Source: a virus (taxonomy: Duplodnaviria; Caudoviricetes). Taken from it: a DNA stretch of 40,943 nt. The stretch spans positions 1-40,943 of the IMG/VR virus record IMGVR_UViG_3300049811_000501; one strand, given 5' to 3'. Position numbers and translations under genes: made by a program. How positions within the stretch are numbered: the first letter of the stretch is position 1; every line of letters starts with the position of its first letter. Positions 1 to 8,921 of this stretch are shown here, in pieces. The notes under the pieces were generated by a model. That model ran no database searches and was not told the origin of the DNA. It saw only the letters and a list, made by a program, of their open reading frames with translations.

Positions 1-127
1 GGGGGGTTGTGCAGTGATGCCAGCGGTCGTTACCAATTCCTATCAACAACATGGGATGGACTCAAAACTAAAATTGGGGCGGTTGATTTTAGTCCTGCTG
101 CCCAGGATTTGGCGGCGGTTGAGTTGA
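1..127 (+). repeat. 127-bp terminal direct repeat, copy 1 (circular assembly overlap)
   Basis: Identical to 40817-40943; lies inside a CDS that reads in frame across the join. Confidence 0.95.
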
Positions 128-1782
128 TTCGACAGCGTGGTGCCCTAGAGGATGTGGAGGCGGGCCGACTTGAAGCCGCGATCGCCAAACTCAATCAGAC
201 ATGGGCTAGTTTCCCCGGTAGTCCCCACGGCCAACCCACTAAACCCCTAGCACGGCTACGAGAGTTCTACAATCAACGACTAACCACCTATGGCAACAAC
301 CCCAACCCCACCCCAGAGCAGCAACAGGCTACATCACCAGCCCCATTAGCACAGGCCGAATCAGCCCCAGACTCCGGCACTAAGGGGACGCCTATTGTTG
401 TGGCGTTTGGTTGGGATAGAGCCTCAATGGTGGGATTTCAGTACTGGCACGTTGGCACAAAGGCCCAAGGGCGGGGGTTAGATACGCTCACCTTAGAGGG
501 TGTATCAGCCCGCTGGTTGCTGTCACGACGACGCAAAAACACCGCCTATCAACAACTAACCCTGCGACGGTTAGCACAGCAAATTGCCACGATGCACGGG
601 CTACGCCTAGAGATGGTAGGGGATGGCCCGACACTGACCTATGTAGATCAGACAGGGATTAGTGACTATGAGCTACTACTGAGAGAGGCTACCGCAGCAG
701 GCTATACCGTGCGAGATGAAGCGGCCAAGCTCATTGTCACCCCTGCGATTCCCAATTTCAGCGGCTATGTAATCCGTGCAAACTACTGTGAAGACCTGAG
801 TTTTAGCGACAGTGCCCAAACTGCCCTAGAGGCTCGGGGTGCATCGCCTGTGTCTAGCAGTACCCCAGCCGTCAACGCTGAGGAGGCGAAAATCACGATC
901 AACCCACTGACCGGACAGGTGGAGCAAAACGTTAACGAAAACCGCACTGCTACGGGACGGGGGCAATTTGCCGTCAGTGGTAGCCCTACTCCACCGGTGC
1001 GAGGTACGGCAGCCGTGGCCACCCGTGGTCAAGAGCCGTCCCCTGTGGCGATCGGCATTCCAGGGCGTGAACCATCGCCCATCACCGTCTCAGAACAAAC
1101 TGCCACTACTGCCACCCTACGCCAGGAGCAGCGGCGTATTCAGCAGTACGAATCGCGGGCAACCGTTATGACCACACCCCCCGCACTAGAACTAAAACCA
1201 GGAGATATTATCGGCCTCTCCAGTACCCTAGTACCTGAGACGTTGGCTCGCGAGTGGATGGTGGGAGAGGTGAGCCACAGCCTCAGAAATGGTGGCCTCA
1301 GAACCAGCCTGACATTTTTTAGCCCTGACTCGCCAATTGTGCAGGACAACGTGGCAACCACCACGCCCAGCAGCCCTGTAGCCGGTAACTGTGCCCAACG
1401 GATTGCAGCAGCAGCGGCAGCCTATCAGGGACAGAGTACCGCAGCAGGCCCCGATGGTGGCCGCAACGCCTGTGTATGGGCAGTGAACAATATCCTACGG
1501 AATGCGGGGGTCAACATCCCGTGGAGTGGAAACTATGTTCCCACCGTCAAACAGGTGTTAGACTCACAGGCCACCCGCATCAACGCACCAGAACCAGGGG
1601 CGATCGTCATCTACCAAGACAACGGATCGCCGCCCTATCCTCACATTGGCATCGTTATGTCTGACGGTAAAACCCATATCTCCAATTCCTCATCCCGTGC
1701 CCGATTTAGTTGGGTTGCCAGTGAAGCCGCCTATACTGCCTACTATGGTCGCCCACCCCTGTATTACCGACTGAGGTGTTAG
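1..1782 (+). CDS. 3' part of baseplate hub (gpD/gp27-like) with lambda-R-type lysozyme insert and C-terminal CHAP/NlpC-P60-like domain
   Basis: ASGRYQFLSTTW...QDLAAVELIRQRGAL...WASFPG (lambda R family); DQTGISDYELL (gpD-like); ACVWAVN...HIGIV...ISN (Cys-His amidase); followed by spike and gpW genes. Confidence 0.8.
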   Translation, partial: GGLCSDASGRYQFLSTTWDGLKTKIGAVDFSPAAQDLAAVELIRQRGALEDVEAGRLEAAIAKLNQTWASFPGSPHGQPTKPLARLREFYNQRLTTYGNNPNPTPEQQQATSPAPLAQAESAPDSGTKGTPIVVAFGWDRASMVGFQYWHVGTKAQGRGLDTLTLEGVSARWLLSRRRKNTAYQQLTLRRLAQQIATMHGLRLEMVGDGPTLTYVDQTGISDYELLLREATAAGYTVRDEAAKLIVTPAIPNFSGYVIRANYCEDLSFSDSAQTALEARGASPVSSSTPAVNAEEAKITINPLTGQVEQNVNENRTATGRGQFAVSGSPTPPVRGTAAVATRGQEPSPVAIGIPGREPSPITVSEQTATTATLRQEQRRIQQYESRATVMTTPPALELKPGDIIGLSSTLVPETLAREWMVGEVSHSLRNGGLRTSLTFFSPDSPIVQDNVATTTPSSPVAGNCAQRIAAAAAAYQGQSTAAGPDGGRNACVWAVNNILRNAGVNIPWSGNYVPTVKQVLDSQATRINAPEPGAIVIYQDNGSPPYPHIGIVMSDGKTHISNSSSRARFSWVASEAAYTAYYGRPPLYYRLRC

Positions 1783-1784
1783 GT

Positions 1785-2438
1785 ATGGATTTTTTAGATG
1801 CACTGGCAGAGACAAAACGGTTATCAGCAGCGGCGCGGGAATTTGCTAGCCGTCAACTTGGGGTGTTTTTGGGCATCATCTCAAACACCACTGACCCGCT
1901 CCAACTGGGCAGGGTGAGAGCCACCACCGCAGATAAGGGCGGTCTGATTGAATCAGACTATGCTCTAAAAGTTTTGCCCTGCCCGGGTTGGAATCCCCCC
2001 AGTTTTGTACCTGGCCAAACCGCACTACTGGCAAACCTCAACGGCGACCCTCATAACCGCGTCTACCTAGGGGCACTGTTGAACGCCACCAACCCACTAC
2101 CACCCAAGCCAGACCCAACCGATGATCTGCGAATCATTCCAGGTTCAGCCGTGCTAGGTGTGGGCAGAAACATGATCATTGAGGCAGGTGAGTCAATCAC
2201 GCTCAAGGTGGGCAACTATCAACTGATCATCTCTAGTCAGGGGCTATCGGTGGCGATCGCCAATGGAGAGCTAACGCCAACCATTCAAATCGCTGTGGAT
2301 GATGAGGGCTTCACATTCACCGCCAATAGTACAGTTTTTACAGTTACAACCGCAGGCGTAAAAGCACAGGGCACTGACCTGATTGGGATTGGCTCGGTGG
2401 ATAGCCGTGGCGATGTCAACGTGACAAAGGGGTATTGA
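1785..2438 (+). CDS. Baseplate spike gpV/gp5 OB-fold protein
   Basis: DPLQLGRVRA motif and beta-rich C-terminus; ATG 1785 preferred over the track start 1776. Confidence 0.8.
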   Translation: MDFLDALAETKRLSAAAREFASRQLGVFLGIISNTTDPLQLGRVRATTADKGGLIESDYALKVLPCPGWNPPSFVPGQTALLANLNGDPHNRVYLGALLNATNPLPPKPDPTDDLRIIPGSAVLGVGRNMIIEAGESITLKVGNYQLIISSQGLSVAIANGELTPTIQIAVDDEGFTFTANSTVFTVTTAGVKAQGTDLIGIGSVDSRGDVNVTKGY

Positions 2439-2439
2439 T

Positions 2440-2787
2440 ATGGCAGCAATTCGGCGTGGTGTGGCCTATCCATTGCGCGTGGTCAATGGCACACTGGCCA
2501 TCTCTGCTGACTACAAACTCTATGCAGAGGCTATCCTATCAGTGTTGCAAACCCAGCCGTGGGAGAGAGTTATGCAACGCTACGGTACGCCCGATATGAC
2601 GTTTTGGGCACAGCGTAGTGCAGACGTTCTAGCCGAAATTATTCACCAGAGCCTAGAGCAATTCGTACCTGAGATTGATATTGAGGTCGTCGGAACACCG
2701 AGCGAGTCAGGGCTGACAGAGATAACCATTCGTTGGGCGATCGACAACATCCCCCAACCGCCACTGAACCTCAGTGTTAACTCCTAG
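2440..2787 (+). CDS. Baseplate wedge gpW/gp25-like protein
   Basis: AILSVLQTQPWERVMQRYG resembles the gp25/gpW T..GER+M.P.YG motif; synteny. Confidence 0.8.
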   Translation: MAAIRRGVAYPLRVVNGTLAISADYKLYAEAILSVLQTQPWERVMQRYGTPDMTFWAQRSADVLAEIIHQSLEQFVPEIDIEVVGTPSESGLTEITIRWAIDNIPQPPLNLSVNS

Positions 2788-2816
2788 ACGGGAAGCCCCC
2801 TGAAACCCTATTAAAT

Positions 2817-2886
2817 TCCCGATTGTGGGACTCGAACCCACCGATCGCCGCTTATCGCGATTCACGACGCTCCCCTGTTAATCGGG
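2817..2886 (-). ncRNA. tRNA-like RNA (acceptor stem and T-arm intact, no D-arm, 14-nt loop in anticodon position)
   Basis: CCCGATT...AATCGGG-A 7-bp acceptor stem; GTGGG-TTCGAGT-CCCAC T-arm; CGTCG/CGGCG stem. Confidence 0.6.
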
Positions 2887-3006
2887 TTAAATATTCATCG
2901 AATCGTATCTCATCAAAAGGATGTCTGTATGTCCGACTGAGATTGATTCAGGGTACTACCACAGCGATAGATTGATGGCGGCAATGGAACAATGGGAACC
3001 CCTAGA

Positions 3007-3045
3007 AAACAAAATCGCGCCCCATAGAGAAGCGCGATTGTTTGA
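3007..3045. terminator. Probable intrinsic terminator downstream of the early genes
   Basis: AATCGCGC...GCGCGATT hairpin flanked by A-rich and T-rich tracts. Confidence 0.55.
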
Positions 3046-3068
3046 TTTATTGGGGTATGTAGCTGCGT

Positions 3069-3419
3069 CTAGTCCGCAGCCATTGCTTTCAACTGACTAG
3101 AGATTGCATCCCATAGGACGCGCGGGCAATCACCCGCGTACCCCTCAGGGATTGAGATAATGCAGCCTAGTGAGTTTCCTAGGCGCATTAGGTTTACGTC
3201 CCAGCAACGGGCGTACCTATTCCAGGGGCACACGATATATTCCTCGCCCCTGTCAAGCTCGCCGAGGTATATGAAATCCCCCGCATCTGTATACACCACA
3301 GGGTATGGCAACCCCGTGTCAGCCAAGGTAAACCCTGGCATTACATCATCGAGAGCCGCGGCCAGTTGTTGCTCACGGTATTCCATTGCTGACGCGATTA
3401 GACTAAGGTTTGCGCCCAT
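3069..3419 (-). CDS. Hypothetical early protein (116 aa)
   Basis: Strong AGGAG Shine-Dalgarno upstream; downstream of sigma70-type promoter. Confidence 0.75.
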   Translation of the reverse strand: MGANLSLIASAMEYREQQLAAALDDVMPGFTLADTGLPYPVVYTDAGDFIYLGELDRGEEYIVCPWNRYARCWDVNLMRLGNSLGCIISIPEGYAGDCPRVLWDAISSQLKAMAAD

Positions 3420-3494
3420 GTCTTTCTCCTGTTTGGTTAACTCTTATTGTTAGGGCAGTTTTAAGCCATACCCCAAGGCTTAAAAGAACATTGG

Positions 3495-3848
3495 CTAATT
3501 GGGGCGCATAGCCCCGTGAAGTTCCCGCGCAGTCTCTCTTAGAGACTGAAGTTCACGGTACGCCTCGCAGCGCACCGTGGTGCCCTCGATTTTCTCGAGT
3601 TCCACCCAATCTGCGAAAAGGTTGTCATCCCGCGACCGGAACTCGTCCGGTCGGGGACCCCGATGGATCCCCCAGTGAATTGACACGGTGCGGCTACGGC
3701 CTCGACCGTTGGCTTCCCAGCGGGAAAGGGTGTAGTCCGTACCCTCTAGGAGGGCTTCAATTTCTTGCACCAGTTTGACAACGGGGGTGTTCTGCTCCCG
3801 TGATTTATACAGTACTGAGACTAGGCTTGTCTTGGCTTCGGTGTTCAT
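3495..3848 (-). CDS. Hypothetical early protein (117 aa)
   Basis: AAGGAG SD; directly downstream of the promoter at 3890-3918. Confidence 0.8.
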   Translation of the reverse strand: MNTEAKTSLVSVLYKSREQNTPVVKLVQEIEALLEGTDYTLSRWEANGRGRSRTVSIHWGIHRGPRPDEFRSRDDNLFADWVELEKIEGTTVRCEAYRELQSLRETARELHGAMRPN

Positions 3849-3889
3849 TTTTTTCTCCTTTGTTTTCTGTGTAACCCTCTACATTTATA

Positions 3890-3932
3890 ACCATAACCCT
3901 ATTCCCTAACTGTGTCAATGTATCTAGGGATT
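3890..3932 (-). promoter_or_regulatory. sigma70-type early promoter with overlapping inverted repeat, copy 1
   Basis: TTGACA-17 bp-TATGGT; TCCCTA-N16-TAGGGA brackets the -35 box. Confidence 0.8.
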
Positions 3933-3940
3933 AGTTTTTA

Positions 3941-4297
3941 TCAATGATGTAGATTAACTTTCCTCTTTCTTTCACTCCTCAGAGGGTTCCGATCCTGATG
4001 CTGGGTGCAATACCCCGATTTGTTTTGGGGTGGCAACTGCCTAAAGGTGCCCTCTGCGAAACAAATCGGACAGTACCGGCATTCGTCGATGACTGCCTCA
4101 ATAGCCACCTCTGCAAATGGTGGCGGTGGCTGATCGCAGAGCAGGGCGATCCGACTCACGGGAGTTCCTGCGATGTTAAATCGCATTAGCTCGACGATGC
4201 TCCACGGCGGGGTGTCTGGCAGTGCCTTGTTCCGCTCTTGAATCGCCTCTTTTAATGGCCGAAGGCGATAGGAGTGTACGAGACAAATGATAATCAT
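3941..4297 (-). CDS. Hypothetical protein with C-terminal Cys/His zinc-finger-like motif
   Basis: CRYCPIC...YCTQH; likely start at ATG 4297 (MIIICL) because the track start overlaps the upstream gene. Confidence 0.6.
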   Translation of the reverse strand: MIIICLVHSYRLRPLKEAIQERNKALPDTPPWSIVELMRFNIAGTPVSRIALLCDQPPPPFAEVAIEAVIDECRYCPICFAEGTFRQLPPQNKSGYCTQHQDRNPLRSERKRKVNLHH

Positions 4298-4376
4298 GGT
4301 ATTTCTCTGGAAACGACAAAAATCCCCCTTACAGTCAGGGGGCTTGAGTGGGGGTGACGCGGTGGCTAGATCTTGG

Positions 4377-4715
4377 CTAGATCTTGGCGAGAGCCTGCTT
4401 GACAACTTTAATGATTTCTTCAGGCACTTCCTCCATGCCCTTGTTAATGCACTCTGAAATCTGGCCCTCCAGATTCCACTCCTCGTCGGAGCATGGGTCA
4501 CGCATCGCCTCTACGTGACCCATGACATCGGCTTCGGTGAGCCAGCACGGGTTTGGGAATCCGTAGTCTGGGTTGGTTCCTTGCCAGAGGGTTTCCCCTT
4601 CTGGCAGATTGGAGATGGCCGTTAAAAAATCTTGCTCGTATCGATCGGAAAGCCCAAAAAGGAATTCATATTGCTCGTCAGTCAAAACTTCTACTAAGTT
4701 GATTTGAGTGGTCAT
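4377..4715 (-). CDS. Small acidic early protein (112 aa)
   Basis: AAGGAAG SD; about 23 D/E versus 6 K/R; downstream of promoter copy 2. Confidence 0.8.
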   Translation of the reverse strand: MTTQINLVEVLTDEQYEFLFGLSDRYEQDFLTAISNLPEGETLWQGTNPDYGFPNPCWLTEADVMGHVEAMRDPCSDEEWNLEGQISECINKGMEEVPEEIIKVVKQALAKI

Positions 4716-4747
4716 TTGTTTGCTTCCTTAAAAGCTCTATATTCATT

Positions 4748-4790
4748 ACTGTAGTTCTATTCCCTAACTGTGTCAATACATCTAGGGATT
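4748..4790 (-). promoter_or_regulatory. sigma70-type early promoter with overlapping inverted repeat, copy 2
   Basis: TTGACA-17 bp-TACAGT; shares 21 identical bp (ctattccctaactgtgtcaat) with copy 1. Confidence 0.8.
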
Positions 4791-4821
4791 GGTTTTTGTT
4801 AATGGTGTTCATAAACTAAGC

Positions 4822-5061
4822 CTAGTAATCTAGGCTGCTGTAGCCGTGCTGTTTAGCGAATTTAACCCATTTCATGTGCCCTCTCTGGGCAGCTTCTAGC
4901 CGCTCGTAGGTCTCCATGATTCCGATCTGATTATTGATGGAGATGGCGGTTTCGTAGTAGCAGTAGTCCCTATCCTCCACATCGATAGTGGAAACCAGCA
5001 CTAGGCCATCTGACGTGGGTACCCAGTCTTTGATGTCGATGGGGGCTGGTGTTTCAAGCAT
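4822..5061 (-). CDS. Hypothetical early protein
   Basis: GGAGG SD before ATG 5061 (MLETPAP...YETAI...EAAQRGH). Confidence 0.7.
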   Translation of the reverse strand: MLETPAPIDIKDWVPTSDGLVLVSTIDVEDRDYCYYETAISINNQIGIMETYERLEAAQRGHMKWVKFAKQHGYSSLDY

Positions 5062-5416
5062 TTTGAACCTCCAAGGAGTCTTTCCATCCTGTAAAATGCA
5101 GCCCAAATGGGATTTTGAAATCTTCGGGGAGTGTAGCCTTTCACTTAATTTGGAATCCATTCTACAAACTTTCACTTAATTGAATTAAAAATGGAATAAA
5201 TTAAATTATCATTTTTCCATTTTTTTGATAATTTTCTTTCCAAAGCTGACAATAAGACCCGACCCAAATCAAAACCCCCAACCACTCAAACGCAGAAGGG
5301 GGTCATCGAATTTAGCTCGCTTGCACCCTTACCGCTTATAGGGTGCCCAGTATCCCCACGCTCAGACCATATATGTATAGGGGATGGCGGGGCGGTTCGG
5401 CTTGCCACTGGTGCGA

Positions 5417-5812
5417 TTAAATCAATTCTACAAACTCAACCGGTAAATTGGCATCTTCGGCATAGCCCCGCCACCTAGTTCTCATCTGAACCGTAGCCCC
5501 ACCTGCCGTACAAACCACGGGGTATATCTGAGAGAACTGACCCACCCCTTTATCTGCCACCTGTGCCAGGGCAGCGGGCAACCCTAGGGCGGCGGCGGGG
5601 GCAGCAGCGATCGCCGTGGCTAGCACTGTATTGAAATCAGCATCGGCCAATATCTGCCCCGCAAACGCCTCCCAGTCAGGAGTCGGAACAATGGGCGATA
5701 GGCTCTCAATGAGGGCGCGAAATTCAGCCTCGGTGATAGGTGTAGCGAATGTCCCTTGGGGGACGGCTAACGCGCCGCGAGTAGGCTGTGCGGGGTCATA
5801 GAAGAGTGTCAT
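5417..5812 (-). CDS. Putative tail fibre assembly/accessory protein
   Basis: Overlaps the fibre stop codon by 4 bp; position suggests the role. Confidence 0.5.
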   Translation of the reverse strand: MTLFYDPAQPTRGALAVPQGTFATPITEAEFRALIESLSPIVPTPDWEAFAGQILADADFNTVLATAIAAAPAAALGLPAALAQVADKGVGQFSQIYPVVCTAGGATVQMRTRWRGYAEDANLPVEFVELI

Positions 5813-7035
5813 AGGTTAATGTCCTCGTAGCCGTGGATTTGTAGGGTGGTTTGATTGGAAACACCGAAATAACTGCCCGCCCGCCTGAAATACAGTTGGG
5901 CAGCGCTATTCGTGAGTCTCCATATATCAGTGCTAGACCCAGCAGAACCACCACTGTTATAGAGGTTGCCGCCCGTCCCATCAAACGTCGATTGACCTCC
6001 GTACGCTGCTGCGACTGTGCCCGTTAAATTCCCGTCTAGCACCAATACAGCTAACGTCAACCCTGAGGCTGCCAGCCCCTCTGAAAATGTTGCATTGATC
6101 ATCACCTGAATGCCGGTAGGCACAGGCATGGCGATCAACTCCCCAGCGGTTGAAACAGCTACGTTGTCGAGGGCGCGAATGCGAGTAGGGAACTGGAAAT
6201 ATCGGCCAATTTGGGTAAATAGCCGGTTAGCCCCTGAGACACGGGTGATGCTGCCCACGCGCCGGAAAAACGTGAACCCGCTAGGCAGTGTAGGGGACGT
6301 GGCACTGAGGCTGAGCAGCGCGTCTCTAGCGTCTGTGGTGGGGTTGTAAATTACGTAACAGTGATAGGTGTTGTTTGCCACCGTGCCTGTGTCTAGGCCG
6401 CCCTGGTTGGTGCCAGCTACCCAGTTGAGGTCAATTCGTTTAATTATGGTTGCAGTGAAATTGACAACAACACGATCATTGGCGGCATTACGCAGAACCA
6501 CGCGCCCGATGGAAAACTCAATATCACGGGTACTGCTACCACCCTGATTACTGATCTGAACCTCTGGAGGAACTAGGGGGATGTCGCTACGACCCGCCAC
6601 AACATAGCGGGGTCTGAGGTCTGTGATGCTAGAGACCGCGCCGCCCACGGTGACAACCCGTGCGATGACTAGGCCAGTGGTGGGGTAAACAGTGCTAGAG
6701 GTTACGCCACCAGATTCATTGACAAATACAAAACTGGTAGTGTTGTTAGGCAGCGACAGTGAACCTGCCGGAATGGCAACGATTGTGCCTAAAGGCGTGG
6801 TGACACTCCCCGCAACATAATTCACATTCAAACCAGAGCCAGCCGTAATTTTCAGTTCATCACGAAACGCGATCCACTCCGGTTTAATTTGACCTGGAGT
6901 ATTGCTGAGATCAGCGTTTGTAATCAGCGGAATCTCCCCATCATTGTCTGCGGTGGCGACAAAAATGGGGTTATTGACAGCGTTCAGGAAATCAGCTGTA
7001 ACGATCGTCCCTGGAGCAAAGTTAGTTTTTGCCAT
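5809..7035 (-). CDS. Tail fibre/receptor-binding protein
   Basis: N-terminal FAPGTIVTADFLN anchor motif; T/G/S/V-rich; GGLDTG...PTLPSGFTFFRRVGSI fibre-type segment. Confidence 0.75.
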   Translation of the reverse strand: MAKTNFAPGTIVTADFLNAVNNPIFVATADNDGEIPLITNADLSNTPGQIKPEWIAFRDELKITAGSGLNVNYVAGSVTTPLGTIVAIPAGSLSLPNNTTSFVFVNESGGVTSSTVYPTTGLVIARVVTVGGAVSSITDLRPRYVVAGRSDIPLVPPEVQISNQGGSSTRDIEFSIGRVVLRNAANDRVVVNFTATIIKRIDLNWVAGTNQGGLDTGTVANNTYHCYVIYNPTTDARDALLSLSATSPTLPSGFTFFRRVGSITRVSGANRLFTQIGRYFQFPTRIRALDNVAVSTAGELIAMPVPTGIQVMINATFSEGLAASGLTLAVLVLDGNLTGTVAAAYGGQSTFDGTGGNLYNSGGSAGSSTDIWRLTNSAAQLYFRRAGSYFGVSNQTTLQIHGYEDINL

Positions 7036-7204
7036 TGGATGTAGTAGGTTTTTTTCGTGGTGGTTCGGGGGGTTGAGGGGGTTCAGGGATTTCTATGAGG
7101 CCAGCCGCTGCTGCTGTAGCTGCCCACTCATCGGGATAGTCCACGCCAGCACCAGCCTCATAGAGTTTGCCGTTGTGGTGACGAACCAGAACAGTGACTA
7201 GCAT
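7022..7204 (-). CDS. Small post-capsid protein (60 aa)
   Basis: VRHHNGKLYEAG motif and Pro-rich tail, typical of small genes after a major capsid gene. Confidence 0.6.
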   Translation of the reverse strand: MLVTVLVRHHNGKLYEAGAGVDYPDEWAATAAAAGLIEIPEPPQPPEPPRKKPTTSNGKN

Positions 7205-8142
7205 CAGCCCGTTACCGTTGTTAGTAGAAACCCAAGGTCGGCGGCGGCGATTTTTTCATCCAGTGACCAGCCCACACGGATGCGTACCCCACCATACAGT
7301 CCAATGTTTGGATCAGGGGTTTGACCAGCAATGCGATCTCGGAACGGCTGAGTAAACGCAAATGTGGAACGCGCCCCACTCACTACAGGGTTAGCCATTT
7401 TGTCTTTGACAAACAGCAAACAGCTACCACCCCAAGCCCGCGCCTTAGAGGGGGTTTGGCCACGGCGGGCATTGTTCACCCAAGCCTCACCAACATAGAT
7501 CTCTTCAAGTTCTAAGACATCTTTGATGAATTCCATCGGAGCACGCCCTTTGTCAGAGTCAGCCCCGTGATATGCCCGCAGCACGGCAGGGTTGCGAGTC
7601 AGAGCGGACCAGTCACGACGACCGATCGCCATGCAGTTAGGCCGCACCAGCATGTCATCCATGATGCCGTGCATGATGTCAATGGGGTTACTGTCAGGAT
7701 GATCGAATCGGCTAGCACCAGTCAACGGCATGGTGTTGCTGCCGTAGTTGGCAGGGTTGAATGCAATATTGGCCACCCGCAACTCACGATCCAGAATCAG
7801 CAAATCCGCTAAACCAACCGCAGCGTGTTGGATGGGGTCATACCCACTGCCACGGGCGTTTTCGATGTCTTTAAGGGGGATGGGGTCTTCTAAACCGTAG
7901 TCTTTGGTGGAACTGGTCACTTTCTGAGCAGAGAACTCCACCTCATTGGGTGCCGATTTGCGGCCAACCAGTGTATCGGGGATGGTGTAGGACTCGGTGA
8001 AGTCGAACTTCCAGTATTCGTATTCCTCCTTGCCAACAGACGGCAGGATAGGGAATACATTATCTGCAATCATTTTGCCGTTGCTGTAGGCGATAACGAG
8101 GCTGGTTAACTCAGCATCAATAGGAAAGGGCGCGAAACTCAT
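7204..8142 (-). CDS. Major capsid protein
   Basis: 312 aa; follows protease and decoration genes; LTSLVIAYSN...IADNVFP...RELRVA typical of this capsid family. Confidence 0.85.
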   Translation of the reverse strand: MSFAPFPIDAELTSLVIAYSNGKMIADNVFPILPSVGKEEYEYWKFDFTESYTIPDTLVGRKSAPNEVEFSAQKVTSSTKDYGLEDPIPLKDIENARGSGYDPIQHAAVGLADLLILDRELRVANIAFNPANYGSNTMPLTGASRFDHPDSNPIDIMHGIMDDMLVRPNCMAIGRRDWSALTRNPAVLRAYHGADSDKGRAPMEFIKDVLELEEIYVGEAWVNNARRGQTPSKARAWGGSCLLFVKDKMANPVVSGARSTFAFTQPFRDRIAGQTPDPNIGLYGGVRIRVGWSLDEKIAAADLGFLLTTVTG

Positions 8143-8156
8143 TATTAATCATGCTC

Positions 8157-8921
8157 CTAGGTGAACGTGATGATTGGGCTGATGGCCAACTTGCCGCTGG
8201 GTAAAACCAGCACCAGATAAAACGACCCTGCACCGGTATGGGTGATGTTTAGATCGATGTCGCCATCGTTTTCGCTGACTAACACGAATGCCCGATCTGC
8301 GATGGTTTCAATGGCTAACCCATCGGTGCCGATCGCAACGCCACCACTGGGTGCAGTGGCCAACGTGCCGCCATCCGCTGCACCAGACAGATATGCCTGC
8401 ACCGCCTGAGATGAGGCTAGGTCAGCACCAGATGCCTCGCGTAACTGAATACCAACGTTGATTACGTTTGAGGTTTCAGTGCCGATCACCCAGCCAGCAC
8501 TGGCTACAGTGCCATCCAACATGTTTAGCTCAGCAGCACTGGCAGTCACACCGCTCAGGGTGCCTCCAGGGGCTGAGTTGTAGAGAAACACTAGGCCAAT
8601 GTCACCAGAGGCACCGCTGATCTCAGCAACGCCAACCACCCGATCTGATCCAGTGGCCGCCACAGCGCGACCCTGTGTATCGTTAGTGAGTGGTTGACCA
8701 CGAGTGACCGTGCCGCCGTACATCACGTCTGCGAGGCCAGAGCGCAATACATCGATCCGATTGCTGGCATTAGACCCCATCGAGTCTGAAACGCCAATGC
8801 CACCAGTGCCTGCACTAGTGGCCGTTGTCACTAGGAAGTCTGCTGCGCCAAACTCAACAATGCGATGAGGTTGGATTTCGGTGGTGCAGCGATATTGTTT
8901 AATCAATCCAGGGTTAGCCAT
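8157..8921 (-). CDS. Capsid decoration/cement protein (DUF2190-like N-terminus plus extra C-terminal domain)
   Basis: GGTVTRGQPLTNDTQGRAVAA...VVGVA motif; lies between protease and capsid genes. Confidence 0.65.
   Translation of the reverse strand: MANPGLIKQYRCTTEIQPHRIVEFGAADFLVTTATSAGTGGIGVSDSMGSNASNRIDVLRSGLADVMYGGTVTRGQPLTNDTQGRAVAATGSDRVVGVAEISGASGDIGLVFLYNSAPGGTLSGVTASAAELNMLDGTVASAGWVIGTETSNVINVGIQLREASGADLASSQAVQAYLSGAADGGTLATAPSGGVAIGTDGLAIETIADRAFVLVSENDGDIDLNITHTGAGSFYLVLVLPSGKLAISPIITFT

Noticed and set aside
4364-4388. GGCTAGATCTT tandem duplication
   Set aside because: Two copies at a stop codon, most likely a small slippage duplication with no supporting context
5809-7035. 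Diversity-generating retroelement or invertible fibre cassette
   Set aside because: No reverse transcriptase, template/variable repeat pair or invertase is visible
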